DNA from: Microthyrium microscopicum
Lineage: Eukaryota
Assembly (NCBI GenBank): GCA_010405405.1
Contig: MU004239.1
Location: 1,178,001 to 1,242,000, forward strand
Reading direction: 5' to 3'
Length of the DNA: 64,000 bases
Shown: positions 12,124 to 25,387 of the stretch, one piece after another
How the letters are laid out: the number at the start of each line of letters is the position of its first letter
Numbering within the stretch: the stretch's first letter is position 1
Translations under genes and position numbers: made by a program
The notes under the pieces: model-generated
Databases searched by the model: none
Seen by the model: only the letters and a program-made list of their open reading frames with translations
Told to the model about the DNA's origin: nothing

Positions 12124-13327
12124 ATGTTTTCCAAACATTCAAATACTCGACACTTCAAGCCCTTGCGCAAAGCCTTGTTAGCCCGTAGTCAAGTGGAGAT
12201 TTCGCGGCGATGTCTATCATCATCACCAACGCCAAGTAAGAGCAAAGTTATATTTTCTGGAATACAACCAACTGGAATACCACACTTGGGAAACTATCTG
12301 GGCGCTTTAAGACAATGGGTCAAATTACAAGAGACCGAGTCCGACGACACTCGTTTACTATACTCGCTGGTTGATCTCCACGCCATCACAGTGAAGCAAG
12401 ATCCGCGCCAGCTTCGACAATGGAGACACGAGTCCTTGGCTACCTTGCTTGCCATTGGCTTGGATCCTGCCCGCTCGATTATTTTCCATCAATCTGATGT
12501 TCCGGCACATTCAGAGCTGATGTGGATACTGAGTTGTACGGCATCCGTTGGCCATTTGTCGAGGATGACACAGTGGAAGGTTGGCATGGCAATTCAGACG
12601 TTGATATATTTACTGAAGAGCATGATAGAGCAAGCTTGCACTCCCCGAGAATGCCAAACCACTTGATTCACCACTTCAGCTTGGCTTGTTTTCATATCCG
12701 GTACTCCAAGCAGCTGATATCTTGGTCCATCAGGCAACGCACGTGCCAGTCGGAGAAGATCAAAGTCAACACCTGGAATTTACCCGATCTTGTGCTACCG
12801 GCTTCAATCATCTCTATGGCGACGTATTGACCGAGCCGGAAACTATATTGTCTCCAGCAAAGAGAGTTATGTCGCTCAGTAAGCCTGCTGACAAGAAAAT
12901 GTCAAAGTCAGACACCAATTACAAGTCGAGGATCTTAATAACCGATTCTCGTGAAGAAATTCAACGAAAAGTTAAGACTGCCGTCACTGATTCCATCGAT
13001 GGAATTACTTTTGATCCAATAAACCGACCAGGAATTGCCAACCTCGTTACAATAATGCAATACCTTTTGGAGGATGAATTAATCACTCCAGAAGAGCTTG
13101 TTAAGGATATACCCACCAAATCAGCACTGAAGGACAGAGTTACAGATGTGATAGATGCTCACATTGAGCCCATACGAGAACGCTTCAACAAACTAATGAG
13201 TCCCGACGATCGAGACTATCTAATAGATGTCGCAGAAGAAGGCGCAGAAATGGCCATCACTAGCGCCGAAGAAACCATGAAAAAAGTCCGCGACGCAATA
13301 GGATTTGGCTCTGCCTCATACAAGTAA
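12124..13327 (+). CDS. MSW1: Mitochondrial tryptophanyl-tRNA synthetase
   Basis: Basic presequence; FSGIQPTGIPHLGNYLGA (HIGH), LFSYPVLQAADIL, VPVGEDQSQHLE, KMSKS; one intron ~12580-12628. Confidence 0.95.
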
Positions 13328-13468
13328 ACCCCATTACCAGATCTGTAAAATACTGTAAATATGTAACAATGTATCATAACAACTAATCTATCAATTGCCA
13401 GCTCACTCATGCCTCCAGAACTCCATCGCTAATACAGTCCACTGCGAGAAAGCTTCTATGAAGTTCAA

Positions 13469-14460
13469 TCACACAGCCCGATGCGAGTCTTCCATCTCAT
13501 TTGACGAATAGTTTGCCTCTTCAGGCGCCTCCTTCACACTAAATCCAGTCGCCCACTGACCACCCTTCAGGTATGCGCGAATCTCACTTGGATGCGCCCA
13601 GTTCATGCACAACATGACACACAGCATGAGCGCCGCGTCAAATATATAGATGAAGAACTCGTGATGCATCAGGTACCCATCATTTCCTTGCAGGAATTCG
13701 GCCACTCGAAAAATGCTCCGAATCATAATCAGGACAGAAACAACATACATGGCTACCATATGTTTCGTCCAAGGCACCTCATGGCTCCGCTGAGTCGGAT
13801 TGCGTAGCAGCCGGTAGTGGAAGATCGTTGCAGCGAGAACGAAGATGCCAAAGAAGGTGATTTGCACAAAGAGTCCGCCGACGATGACCTTTTGGCCGAT
13901 GTTGATGGTATTGATCATTTTGCTGCCCATCAGACCGCCTCCGCCGCCTTGCATGAAGAAGGAGATTACATCGCCCGTGACGAAGATGCGTGTGAGCCAT
14001 TGTCGTCTTATGAAGAGGAGCGCATCTCCTTTTACTACTTCAACGATGCGCGCGAGTTCCATGTAAATGGAGGCGGCGAACAGAGCGGGCGCGACGAGGG
14101 GCAGGACGGATTGCAGGATGAATGGTGTTAGGGACCATGCTTCGAATGCTTCGGAGGCATTGATGGCGCGGAATATGTAGCCGATTACTTCGCCTGGTGG
14201 TGGTTAGTACTGTCCCAGGGGTATGTATGTCAACGGGTATGGGACTTACATAGACCGCCTATAAAGAATGGGATGTAGAACCACGTTCTCGTACGTATCA
14301 TCTGATATCCATGGAGAGAAGTGACAAGCGCAAAGAGGATAGTGAAAACAATTGCTGCTGGTAACGATGGTTTGTATCGATATAGTTCATAATGCGATGA
14401 ATCGTCGCGAGCAATGAGTGCTCTGTGGACCGCATATGTGGCAGCGTCATGCAGTAACAT
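13469..14460 (-). CDS. RTA1-family membrane protein (lipid-translocating exporter / 7-aminocholesterol resistance family)
   Basis: YELYRYKPSLPAAIVF, FVTGDVISFFMQGGGGG, IRSIFRVAEFLQG, FDAALM; one intron ~14194-14250. Confidence 0.9.
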
Positions 14461-15235
14461 TGTGATCTTTGTTATCTGTCAGGTATCGAGCGCGCTGATG
14501 TACCTAGTTGGTATAGAGGAAGTTGCTGATGTGAGAGTGATGATGGATCTTCTCAAGGAAGACGCTCTCCTCCCTTTTATCATATTGGCGCTTTGTTGGA
14601 GCCTGGGATTCATTCTTGAATCAAAGACGAGTCCTGCATCTCTTATCCACATTTTTCTGAAATTCGACGCATTTCATTGCGCCACTGCGCAAGCGAAGGA
14701 CTTCGGATGCTACGGTATGCTTGATTGGGGAAGGTCTACGAGCGGGCCGTGCCGAATGCGAAGTGGATCCTGGTACTTCGTATGGAATACGGAGACGGGA
14801 TGCATATTTGGTTTCTCAAAGTTTTTGGGCGGGTATTTTACCCTTTCTCGCTTTACTTGAAAGGGGGTATATCTTGCGTAAATACATTGCCTCAGTAATC
14901 AGTTATGATCAACATGTTGGAAACCAATAACATTACTTCTGTGGTTACTGATATGGTTGAAGTGCTCTGTGATGGCTTGTCATTGGCCAATCAGAGGGAG
15001 GGAGCGCATATTCTATCCCGGAAGAGCCTCCCCCTCACAACTCCCAGTCTTGGGGTTGACTTGCAATCCTTCTCCTTTAGGCTGTAAACACTGCCAAGCC
15101 ACATCGTGACGCGGCCAAATATTGTCAAGATAAAATTGCTTGCATAAGAGATTGCTCATTTGATCAGAAAGGTGGACCATGAGCTTGATTCCAGGCACAT
15201 TTTGGTACTGATATGATATCAACAGCTGGGACAAC

Positions 15236-16705
15236 ATGCCTTCGAGAATAGGACATCGCAAATCTCGACATGGATGCGCGCAATGTAAGCAAAGAAGAGT
15301 CAAGGTAAGTACTACGTGTAGCTCTGGTGTGAGAGGTACTCGTGCGCTAACGCTTTGCAGTGTAGCGAGGACATTCCATGTCAACATTGTGTTCGTCGAA
15401 AAGAAAAGTGCAGCCTGATAGAAGAAGCGGCATTACAGTCAAAGACTCCGAATGGTCTTAGCCCTGGCGAGGTACGTGCATTGGTAACTTTTGTCCCTGC
15501 AAGTTTAGACGACAGCCTTGTGTTTCTTCTGAAGCCGCGATAAACGGAACAAAATTCGATATCACACATGTCATGTAGATATTGCACCTATTATGATTTT
15601 CTCGACTGGAACATACTTCATATTCAATCGCCTTACTTCAGGCATAACAAAATACTCGTACTAACCATCCCCATAGGACTCAGGCACCAGCAGATCAAGT
15701 AGCACCGACCCGTTAGCCTTCCTCCAGCCCACGCGATGGAACTATGATCCCGATCTCGCCTTTGTCCAAGCAGACTGGATCCAAGACATGCATCTAATGC
15801 ACCACTTCTGCACCTCCGGCGCCTCCGCCCTAGCATACGGCAAGAATATTGGCTTCGTCTGGCGCGACTACATCCCAAAAATCGCTATCCAGCACCAATA
15901 TCTCATGCATGGTCTCCTCGCCGTCGCTGCAGCTCATTTGCGCTGGATGGAGCCATATAATCGCGCCAAGTGGAATATCCTCTGCAGTCACCACCAAGCA
16001 CTTGCGCTGCCACCGTTTCGTCAAGCTCTCCAGCAGTTGAGCAGAGAGAATTGTGAGGCGGCATTCAGTATGGCGGCACTGTGCTCAACGATGCGGATGG
16101 CGGCTTTTTCAATTGGTGGTGATGACGATGACAGAGTGCCGACGCTGGAAGATTTGGCAGAGCAATTTACATTGACGCGCAGTGTAAGAGATTGCTTGCA
16201 TCCAATGTGGGAGACGCTCACGGCGTCGCCGATGGCACTGATGATGAGAGGTGCAAGCATGGAGAACTACGAAGTCGTCTCGCTGTCGGTGGAAATGAAG
16301 GCACAGTTCCAGAAGATTGTCAAGCTAATTGAGCGGTATTCGACAGACGAGGCCTCGAAAGCGTTGTACATGGAAGCACTCAGCGATCTGGAAAGAGTGT
16401 ACAAGGACGTGATATTTCACAAGACTGACGATGTGAATGAGATGGGCATCGTGGTAAAGTGGACTATGGTGCCGGGACGCTTTGTAGACGCAATGATAAG
16501 GAGAGAAGTCCCAGCGCTTATATTGGTGGCGAACTGGGTTATTACCATGGGATGGGCTCAGCGATGGTTTCTTCAGGGCTGGAGTAGGAAGGCTTGGGAT
16601 GTGACGATTGCGGAGCTTCCAAAGACGCCAGATATCATGGAGTGTCTGGCGTGGCCGAAGAGGCAGTTGGAGGAAGGTTTGCCTGCGTTTCCTCCACAAG
16701 CCTGA
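15236..16705 (+). CDS. Zn(II)2Cys6 transcription factor, Upc2/sterol-uptake-control-like
   Basis: HRKSRHGCAQCKQRRVK|CSEDIPCQHCVRRKEKC split by an intron; second intron ~15472-15677; DMHLMHHF...YLMHGLLAVAAAHL middle region. Confidence 0.9.
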
Positions 16706-16757
16706 TAGTTCTGTATAATGGGTATTGTTCTCAAATGAAGAAACATGATACCATTCT

Positions 16758-17636
16758 TCAGCCGGCCAGGGTAATGGCAAAATTGTTCCTGCTTCTTCCG
16801 GTGACAATCTCCTCCTTTTTGAATAGCTTTGGCTTAACGGCGACTGGATTGAACTTCCACAGGGAGTAAAAGATCTTGGTGGATGTTTTCGAGTGCGTGA
16901 GCTCATATCCTAATGAGTTCATGATATCAGCCAAGCGTTCAGCCGTGAAGTATCTTGAGTTCTCCACGCATGGCAAAGGCAGAGTCAAGAACAAGCATGG
17001 CAGAACAGCCGATGCGTTTGAGCTCTCCGTAGACTTGCGCGTATGACTTAAAAACCAACTTGTCCTTTGCAGCATTTTACCTCGTTCTGCTGCTTCAGGA
17101 ACGAAATTCACCACTAGAGATAGAGAAACAAGGTCGAACTTCTCCGACGCCAGTGATGGTACTAGCGTCTTCATAAAATCTTGCTCTCGAATTGAGGGAT
17201 GCGTTGAATGGAGATCTATCCGCTCCATCTCTACATTTGGGACTTTGGAGATCGCATTATTTGGAGACAGACATCCTACTTCCAGAACACGCAGAGGGGA
17301 TCCTTGGTCATGAATCCAGGGCAATATACTGCTTTCTTGAAGCCAATTTACGAGGACCTTGCTGGTATCTCCGCCTCTAGAGTTCAACTGGCCAATCTGA
17401 GACGCTTGCTGGTACTTTGAGAGACCGCCATCTTCAGAGAGTTGTTGCGCAAGCTCAGCTGCAGTCTCGTCATCTCCCACCTTGATTGCCTGAGCATGCG
17501 CTTTGAGAAGGTTGTGATGTTTCCGGATGATGGTTCTCGTAGCCTTGGAGGAAAATGTCGCTTTTGGTTTCTGAATGAGCGGTGGTCTTCCTGCGGAAAG
17601 ACTCTTGCGCTTGGAAGAAGTCTTTTTATTTCCCAT
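16758..17636 (-). CDS. BMT2: 25S rRNA (adenine-N1)-methyltransferase Bmt2
   Basis: TRTIIRKHHNL, GGLSKYQQASQIGQ...RGGDTSKVLV, LEVGCLS, IREQDFM, FDLVSLSLVVNFVP, PCVENSRY, RNNFAI. Confidence 0.9.
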   Translation of the reverse strand: MGNKKTSSKRKSLSAGRPPLIQKPKATFSSKATRTIIRKHHNLLKAHAQAIKVGDDETAAELAQQLSEDGGLSKYQQASQIGQLNSRGGDTSKVLVNWLQESSILPWIHDQGSPLRVLEVGCLSPNNAISKVPNVEMERIDLHSTHPSIREQDFMKTLVPSLASEKFDLVSLSLVVNFVPEAAERGKMLQRTSWFLSHTRKSTESSNASAVLPCLFLTLPLPCVENSRYFTAERLADIMNSLGYELTHSKTSTKIFYSLWKFNPVAVKPKLFKKEEIVTGRSRNNFAITLAG

Positions 17637-17834
17637 GAGTATGGTCTCTCCGACGAAAAGTTCTTGAAGTCGTCGCGTCAAAGAAAGTTGATGCTCTTAT
17701 CGATAAGATGTTCGATGCTCGAAGGGCACTAAGCCCGAACAAACCTGGCGCGCCAAGACACACAACGCCTTTCCAAAATTCGCAACTCCAAATCTTCGAA
17801 CTTCTCGTCAATCCACAAAGTCCAAAACATCACA

Positions 17835-18588
17835 ATGGCGCCCAAAGAAGCATCGAAAGGCAAAGGTACGGCACAGAAATTCATCAACCACAAATCTCTA
17901 CCACAATTGCGTTCCCATTGAAATGACACCCCGCTGACTTCTGCTCTCAGCAGGTGCCGCAAAAGGCAAATCTGGCGACAAGAAAAAGGCCAACGCTGCT
18001 GCCAAAGGCGCACTCAAAGGCGTATGAATAACCCTTCTCACTTTATTCCATGTGGCGTTCAGCGAACATTGCTGAGGCCTATTTGATTATAGGTCAACTC
18101 GCACAAAGTGAAGAAGGTTCGCTTGACAACCTCGTTCCACCGACCCAAGACTCTGCAATTGAGCCGTACACCAAAGTACCCTCGCAAGGCCATTCAAGTA
18201 AGTTGAATATCATTGCAGACAATTTCGTTGGGACGATGGCTGATGATTATGCAACAGAATGATACTGGTCTCAACCCCGCGAGCGTCCTCCTCTACCCTC
18301 TCAACACTGAGAGCGCAATGAAGAAGATCGAGGAGCACAACACTCTCGTTTTCATCTGCAACGTCAAGTAAGACAAACTTCCCCGACACCTGTGCATCAC
18401 AAGTGCTAATCGGTATACGTAGGTCCAACAAGCCTCAGATCAAGGCCGCCATCAAGGAGATGTACGATGTCGACTGCGTCAAAGTCAACACCCTCATCCG
18501 CCCAGACGGGACCAAGAAGGCTTATGCCAAACTCACACCCGACGTTGATGCTTTGGACATTGCAGCGACCAAGCTGAGCATTGTTTAG
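17835..18588 (+). CDS. RPL25: 60S ribosomal protein uL23 (L25/L23a), 5 exons
   Basis: Spliced [52 protein letters not shown]. Confidence 0.97.
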
Positions 18589-18896
18589 GGGAGAACACGA
18601 AATAGGCATAAGGAGTTTTACGGGGTTGTAGAAAGCAATGGCATTTCAAGGTATCCAGGTCATCCCTGGATCCAGTGATCTTTGCACGATCATATTCATA
18701 CTATCTCTAAGTGCTTTATTCGTGACGTGTCTTGCGACTTCTTTAGCAGCGCCTGTGTGATTCATTACATTCCAAGCTTCACAACACTTGAAGGTATTGG
18801 AATGAAGCCAACAATAGTCCTACACAAGCCGACTTTTGTAATTCTTCTTCGAAAGTTATCGCCATGCCTTTCTTCAACTTCTTCTGTGTAATGTAT

Positions 18897-19358
<462 letters not shown>

Positions 19359-19912
19359 TTTGTAGAAGTGTGAGGGGTCTTGAGCGTGACGGTAAGAAAG
19401 TAGTGGTGAGCGGAGGCGAGTGGTTTTGAAGGCGGAGGTTCTGTGTTAGGCAGAAGTGGGGGAATGCTGGATGTTGGCAAAGGAGTTTGAAGGGTGTTGA
19501 GTTTTGAGGCTTGGACGATGGTGGTAGAAGTAGTATTCGAGCTCAATCGTTGTCGGCGATATGTGAAGAAGGTCAAGTTATTAATGTTGAGGTGCTCAGT
19601 ACCAAGTTACTCAACATCAAGGTAGAGCAGTGAGAGCTCAAAGGGTTAGGGCGAACCGAAGGACGCCAAGATATCATGACCCCTGCTCCGCTAAGTGCGA
19701 GACCCCTGTCCCCGCCCCTGGCTGTTAGTGCTTGGTGGCTCTTTCCAGTTCAGTGAGGTGTCCTGAACTTTTGAGTTGTAACTGGCAAGAACACACCTTC
19801 GACTCGTCTCCTGCATCTTCCTCCTTTTGACATCTACCACATCCTTCTACACATCTCCATCTTCCTCCAGTTTGTAATTTTGTTCTTTGTCGTTCTTGTC
19901 TAGTTCTTCATC

Positions 19913-21833
19913 ATGAGCGGCTGTAAGTTTGACCTCCCATTGACTGCGCATGCGCTGTTCGCCAGCGCTGTGTTGTTGGATTCAAAAAAGTTTATGCTAA
20001 TATTCTGCCACAGTACGCTTTCTCGACCTCATCAAACCCTTTACGCCCCTCCTACCAGAGGTGGCATCTCCAGAGACAAAGACTCCTTTCCAACAAGTAT
20101 GTACAATTCAATGGCGCTGCCGTTGCGCTTTTGGCGACGCGGTTGCTGCTCTTCGAGATCTGGACGCTTAACTGACACGCGACACTTAGAAATTAACATG
20201 GACGGGTGTAAGAATCTACCAATACGATGCGAATCGATCGATCCTAATCCTCACTTTATAGTTAACTCTCCTAATCTTCTTGGTCATGAGCCAAATGCCC
20301 CTTTACGGCATTGTGTCCTCTGACAGCTCCGACCCCTTATATTGGCTACGTATGATGATGGCCTCAAATCGAGGAACATTAATGGAACTGGGTACGCATA
20401 CTTGAGATGACTGAGTTGAGACAGTTGCTGAGATTGATTAGGTATTACTCCAATCATAACATCCGGAATGGTGTTCCAGGTAAGCGCAATCCTTTTGTTG
20501 TGCGGTATTAATACTAAACCTTTACAAGCTACTTGCCGGAACTCATATGCTCGACATTGATATGAACCTCAAAACCGATCGCGAACTCTACCAAACCGCT
20601 CAAAAACGTGAGTCAGATCCGCAGGAGTCGACATTTTACTATTCTAACACTTTCTAGTCCTTGCAATCATCATGTCCTTCGGTCAAGCTTGTGTCTACGT
20701 CTTCTCCGGCCTCTATGGTCCTCCATCTGAACTCGGTCTTGGAATCTGCATCCTCCTCGTTGTCCAACTTGTCATTGCTGGTCTGATTGTCATTCTTCTC
20801 GATGAATTGCTGCAAAAAGGCTATGGCTTGGGCTCTGGTATCTCGCTCTTGTAAGTTGTTGAATGTATTGATTCGACAGTCTCTAATATTTGACCAGCAT
20901 TGCCACCAATGTTTGCGAACAGATCGTCTGGAAGGCATTCAGCCCAACTACCGTCAACACTGGCCGTGGCCCTGAATTTGAGGGTGCCATTCTCGCTCTC
21001 GTCCATCTTCTCGTCACTTGGCCCAATAAGCAACTCGCTCTCCGCGAAGCTTTCTTCCGCCAAAACTTGCCCAACATTGGACAATTGATCGCCACCGTCG
21101 GTATCTTTGCCGCTGTCATCTACCTCCAAGGCTTCCGTGTCGAAATTCCCATTAAGTCTTCCCGCCAGCGTGGCATGCGTGGATCATACCCAATCCGTCT
21201 ATTCTACACCTCCAACATGCCCATCATGCTGCAATCTGCTCTGTCCTCCCAGGTCTTCCTTCTTAGCCAGATGCTCTTCAGTCGCTTCTCTGATAACTTG
21301 TTGGTTCGTCTTGTCGGTGTCTGGGAGACCAAGGAAAACATGGGTGCTCAACTCCACGCCGTCAGCGGTGTCGCTTACTACATGAGCCCACCACTCAGCG
21401 TCTCTGAAGCTCTGCTTGACCCTATCCACACTGCTGTCTATCTCGGCTACATGACTGCTGCCTGTGCTCTCTTCTCCAAGACCTGGGTTGAGGTCTCCGG
21501 CTCTTCTCCTCGCGACGTTGCCAAGCAGCTCAAAGAGCAGGGCCTCGTCATGGCTGGCCATCGTGACCAGAGCATGTACCGCGAACTCAAGCGTGTCATC
21601 CCCACTGCCGCTGCCTTCGGTGGCGCCGTTATTGGTCTCTTGTCTGTTGCATCTGATCTCATGGGCGCTCTTGGCTCCGGAACCAGTATCTTGCTTGCTG
21701 TCACGTATGTTTCATTCCCTCCTACCACTGAAAACAGGTTTACTAACATGACACTAGCATCATCTATGGCTACTTCGAAATGGCTGCCAAGGAAGGCGAT
21801 ATCGCCGGTCTCAAAGGCATGGTCGTCGGCTAA
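19913..21833 (+). CDS. SEC61: Protein translocon subunit Sec61 alpha, multi-exon
   Basis: [86 protein letters not shown]; many short introns including an 18-nt exon (KLTWTG). Confidence 0.97.
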
Positions 21834-22533
21834 ACAACCCTTCAACCACAATTAAAACTCCCCATTTCTTACTACCCTCCGCATAACGCACAATAGACCA
21901 ACACCCAATGAGCCATGACAGTGTTCAACCTGGCGGATAACGAGACAAGGCGTCCTACATTTAGATTTTTTTGCTTTTCGTTTTCCTCACCACCGCGCCA
22001 TACACACCCTTGCTATCAATTTTGCCATGAAATACCTCACATATTCTTGTTCGCCACGGCCGAAACCTTTGTACTGTGTGATAAAATTGGTCAAAAGTCG
22101 TAATTACTTGTCCTGGCCGGGGAGTCTTCTTATTTCTTGTTAAATGGCATTGGGTGTTTGGACTGCGTTTTGCTTGGTGCCGTTGTGTGCTAAAAGTCTT
22201 GGGCAATGTGGCTGGGTGTGGGGTTTGGTCATTTTCAGGATGGGTGTGGTATGGGACGTGGATATGTAGCATAGTTGTAACTTTGTATGGAAAGATTGAG
22301 TCTTTGAATACATGTGGTTGGTGATTTTGGAAAAAGAAGCTTACATTTTGTTACACAAGAGATTTCACGTTCACAGAGTATAAACGCTTTATATAAAGCA
22401 ACGTAAGAGGTAGCATACACTACAAACAGGATGGTATGGCATTGCCTTGAATTTCTTTAGATTACCTGCTTGGGTACGCAGCTATTCTATGGATCATGGA
22501 TCTCCTGATAATGAAATAGAATCCGCTCTAAAG

Positions 22534-24018
22534 CTATGGTCTATCGCCTCTGGCGCAAAAGTGAACACCTTCCTGTCTACATCCCTTGACGTGTTCGATC
22601 ACTTCATGGATCTTGATTACGGTATGGATCGCAATTGAGGCTAGGTCACCCTCAGTGGGAGTTCTAGACTCTATGTTTGACAGATCATTATTTAGCTTGA
22701 GCTCATTTCCCAGTTCATCGCCACCTAGCAAACCAAGAAACAGCTGGTCCAGAAGACTATGCGGCACTCCTAGTCTCTGCATCGCCGGGTTGTTACTCAA
22801 GTCAAGTGATACCAAATCGGAAATTCGGGATTGGCGATACGGTTCGAAAGCTTCAGGGGGGTCATGCTGAATATGCTCTGCGACATCAGCCATGTTGCGC
22901 AGATAACGTTGTAACCAAGGCCCTTTGACTTGTTCCGTTTCTGCCCACGTCCATAGGTCTTCGTCCAGGTAGTTCATGGACGCATGAGAATAGAGACTAT
23001 GTGCTAGCAACGTGCTGACGATTGGAAAATGACAGCCGTGTTCCAGCACAGCCGAGCGGACCATGTCTTGTGTGACTTTGACGTAACCCGCTGCATTCCC
23101 ACGGTGGCATATCATGGCTGGGTAGTGATGGTAATCGATAGGGTTTCGGGCCCAACAAGCATTGAACACCTCGCGGCGACTGGTGTCAATGCTTTCGAGT
23201 AGGCAATAATAAGACAGACTGTCGCCAGGAGCATGAAGCAAATGCTGCAACATGAACCATTGCTTCTGTGGTATAGCAAAATTGACTATGCAGAAGCTTG
23301 CATCTTGAATGTTCGCAAAGTCAAAAACGTCAAGTCGCATCTGGAATTCTGATACAAGAAGTTTGTACAGAGCTACTTCATCCGCACTCAAGTGCTTGGT
23401 CAAGAGTTTTGCTGGGGGCCGGAGACCCAACAATTGAGATCGGTCTCTCCAGTAAAATGATAAGCTTTGATCTGCCAATCGTTCATCATCAAAATAGGAC
23501 TCGGAAAAGTTGCAAGCCCACTCGTCGGATTCCGCGATCATTTTGTCAAGGACTTGTTCCTGGACTACAATGAAGCTTCGCATAAACACCAAATCTGCCC
23601 AAGGCTCCTCGAACAGTGAACACAGGAGTTGAGCTCGGGTTTGGAGACGTTCGTAGATAGCATGTAAAGCTTCGTCTCTCTCTTCGACTTCTTCAGGGTA
23701 CATAGCCATTTCAACTTGCATAGACTTGAGCCATAAGTGATGAGTCAGGAGATTTTTGCAAACCAGCAGCAAGAACGTCCGTGAAGATAGAGCCCGTCCA
23801 ATAAGTGGAGAGCTCTTAGGCAAAGCCGGATTCGGACAGAAGAAGAATACCAGCTCCAGAACTTCTGTTGGTAGGCGCTCCAGTGGTGACAATCGTTTCT
23901 TAGACATTGGCAGCCGTGATGCGCGACCAGTTTTGCGGCGCTTGATAGAGTAAGATTTGCTGGACTCGGCAGATTTTCCAGGTAGGTCTGTACGACGTCG
24001 ACGCTTCGATGTTATCAT
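22534..24018 (-). CDS. Hypothetical protein with F-box-like motif and basic NLS-like N-terminus
   Basis: Intronless ORF; KRRRR/KRRK tracts; LSPLERLPTEVLELVFFFCPNPALPKSSPLIGRALS resembles a fungal F-box-like motif. Confidence 0.6.
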   Translation of the reverse strand: MITSKRRRRTDLPGKSAESSKSYSIKRRKTGRASRLPMSKKRLSPLERLPTEVLELVFFFCPNPALPKSSPLIGRALSSRTFLLLVCKNLLTHHLWLKSMQVEMAMYPEEVEERDEALHAIYERLQTRAQLLCSLFEEPWADLVFMRSFIVVQEQVLDKMIAESDEWACNFSESYFDDERLADQSLSFYWRDRSQLLGLRPPAKLLTKHLSADEVALYKLLVSEFQMRLDVFDFANIQDASFCIVNFAIPQKQWFMLQHLLHAPGDSLSYYCLLESIDTSRREVFNACWARNPIDYHHYPAMICHRGNAAGYVKVTQDMVRSAVLEHGCHFPIVSTLLAHSLYSHASMNYLDEDLWTWAETEQVKGPWLQRYLRNMADVAEHIQHDPPEAFEPYRQSRISDLVSLDLSNNPAMQRLGVPHSLLDQLFLGLLGGDELGNELKLNNDLSNIESRTPTEGDLASIAIHTVIKIHEVIEHVKGCRQEGVHFCARGDRP

Positions 24019-24636
24019 GTTTGTTGTCGATCGTGTGTGGTGATGTTGAGGTTGTCGAAAAAAATTATATTGCCACTCCACAACAAGAATGAGGGGCTGA
24101 TATCGTGACACAGGGGGCTACAAATCACGATCGTTCTTCATGTCTAGACTTACTTTGCTGCCAGTTTTTGGGATGTGTAAAAAGTACGGAAAACACAGAA
24201 TATGGTAGAAGAGAAACGTTAAGAAATTGTGAAATTTGAATCGACAAGATACTGGTGTCAAAAGTGGTGATTGTACCTTAGTGCGCCAAAATTTGATACG
24301 GCAAGCACACGGCACATCATGTCTTCTAACTTATGCAAATGATCCTCAAAAGATGTCACACAAGCCCAAGAGCCGAATGCGAATGTGCTCCAGCTTGCTA
24401 TTTTACTAGAATCGTGGATTCCAGCTGGCACGACAAGTTTATTGTCTATTCTGCAGCATATGTGGGGCGAGTCAACCAGTATAAGGCTGAGAGCAAGGCT
24501 GACAGATCACCAAGGTGAAAATGTTCTGAGCATTTGTTGTGTCTTTTTTTGGCTGGCCTGTATTTGATCGTTACATTTGTGACTGCCGTTTAATTTGACT
24601 GCATTTTTTTTATCACAACTCCAACCCAGTGCTCCC

Positions 24637-25387
24637 CTAGGAACCTTGATCCATAACAACCTCCCTCGTACCGGTACTCTCCCCCTCAACACGCACAACA
24701 ACCTCACGCTCAACAACAGCCTCCTCCCGATCAACCAGAATATCCCTACGGAACACCACTGCCCTCCTCACGAACAGATGTTTCCAGAAATAAGGGGTAA
24801 TACCCTGATCCTCAATTTTCCCCTTTGACTCGCTGTGTTTTTGCAAGGCGGCATGGACTTGCAGATCATACTTTGAATCATCCTTCCATTCTTTATCATC
24901 GTCCGCCCCCGAATCACCTATGTCGTAATTGAGTTCGATAGCGCTGTGGTACTTCTCCTCCTCGATCCACTTCACTAGTGGAGCGATAGCCAGGTATCGA
25001 GCGTCTTCTAGGACGGCGTTGTACATGGCGTAGTCGTGGCCTTTGACTTTATCCCAGAAGAGAGGGAAGATGCCACGGCGGAGGTAGCGGACTGGTAGAA
25101 GTTGTTAGTCTAGACAAAACAATGGCCATGTGACGAGATATCAGGACTGTTTTGTTCTTTGGCTGGTGACAGGACTTTGACTTACGAATATGTTCAAAAG
25201 CATTCGGATCGACATCCACAAAGTATCCAGCATCTTGAAGTCCACTATCACATCTAGCAGTCACCATTTTCTCAAAGAATGTGGTTTTGAGCGACAGATT
25301 AGAGCAGGCGGTGGTGAAGCACCGGTCATCCACACGAAGTGTGATCAGGGCATCTTGAAAGGGGACCATTCTGTTGTTTTCGTCCAT
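24637..25387 (-). CDS. BTB/POZ (KCTD/T1-type) domain protein
   Basis: ITLRVDDRCFTT...TFFEKM...YFVDVDPNAFEHI|LRYLRRGIFPLFWD...LEDARYLAIAPLVKWI; one intron ~25093-25186. Confidence 0.85.
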
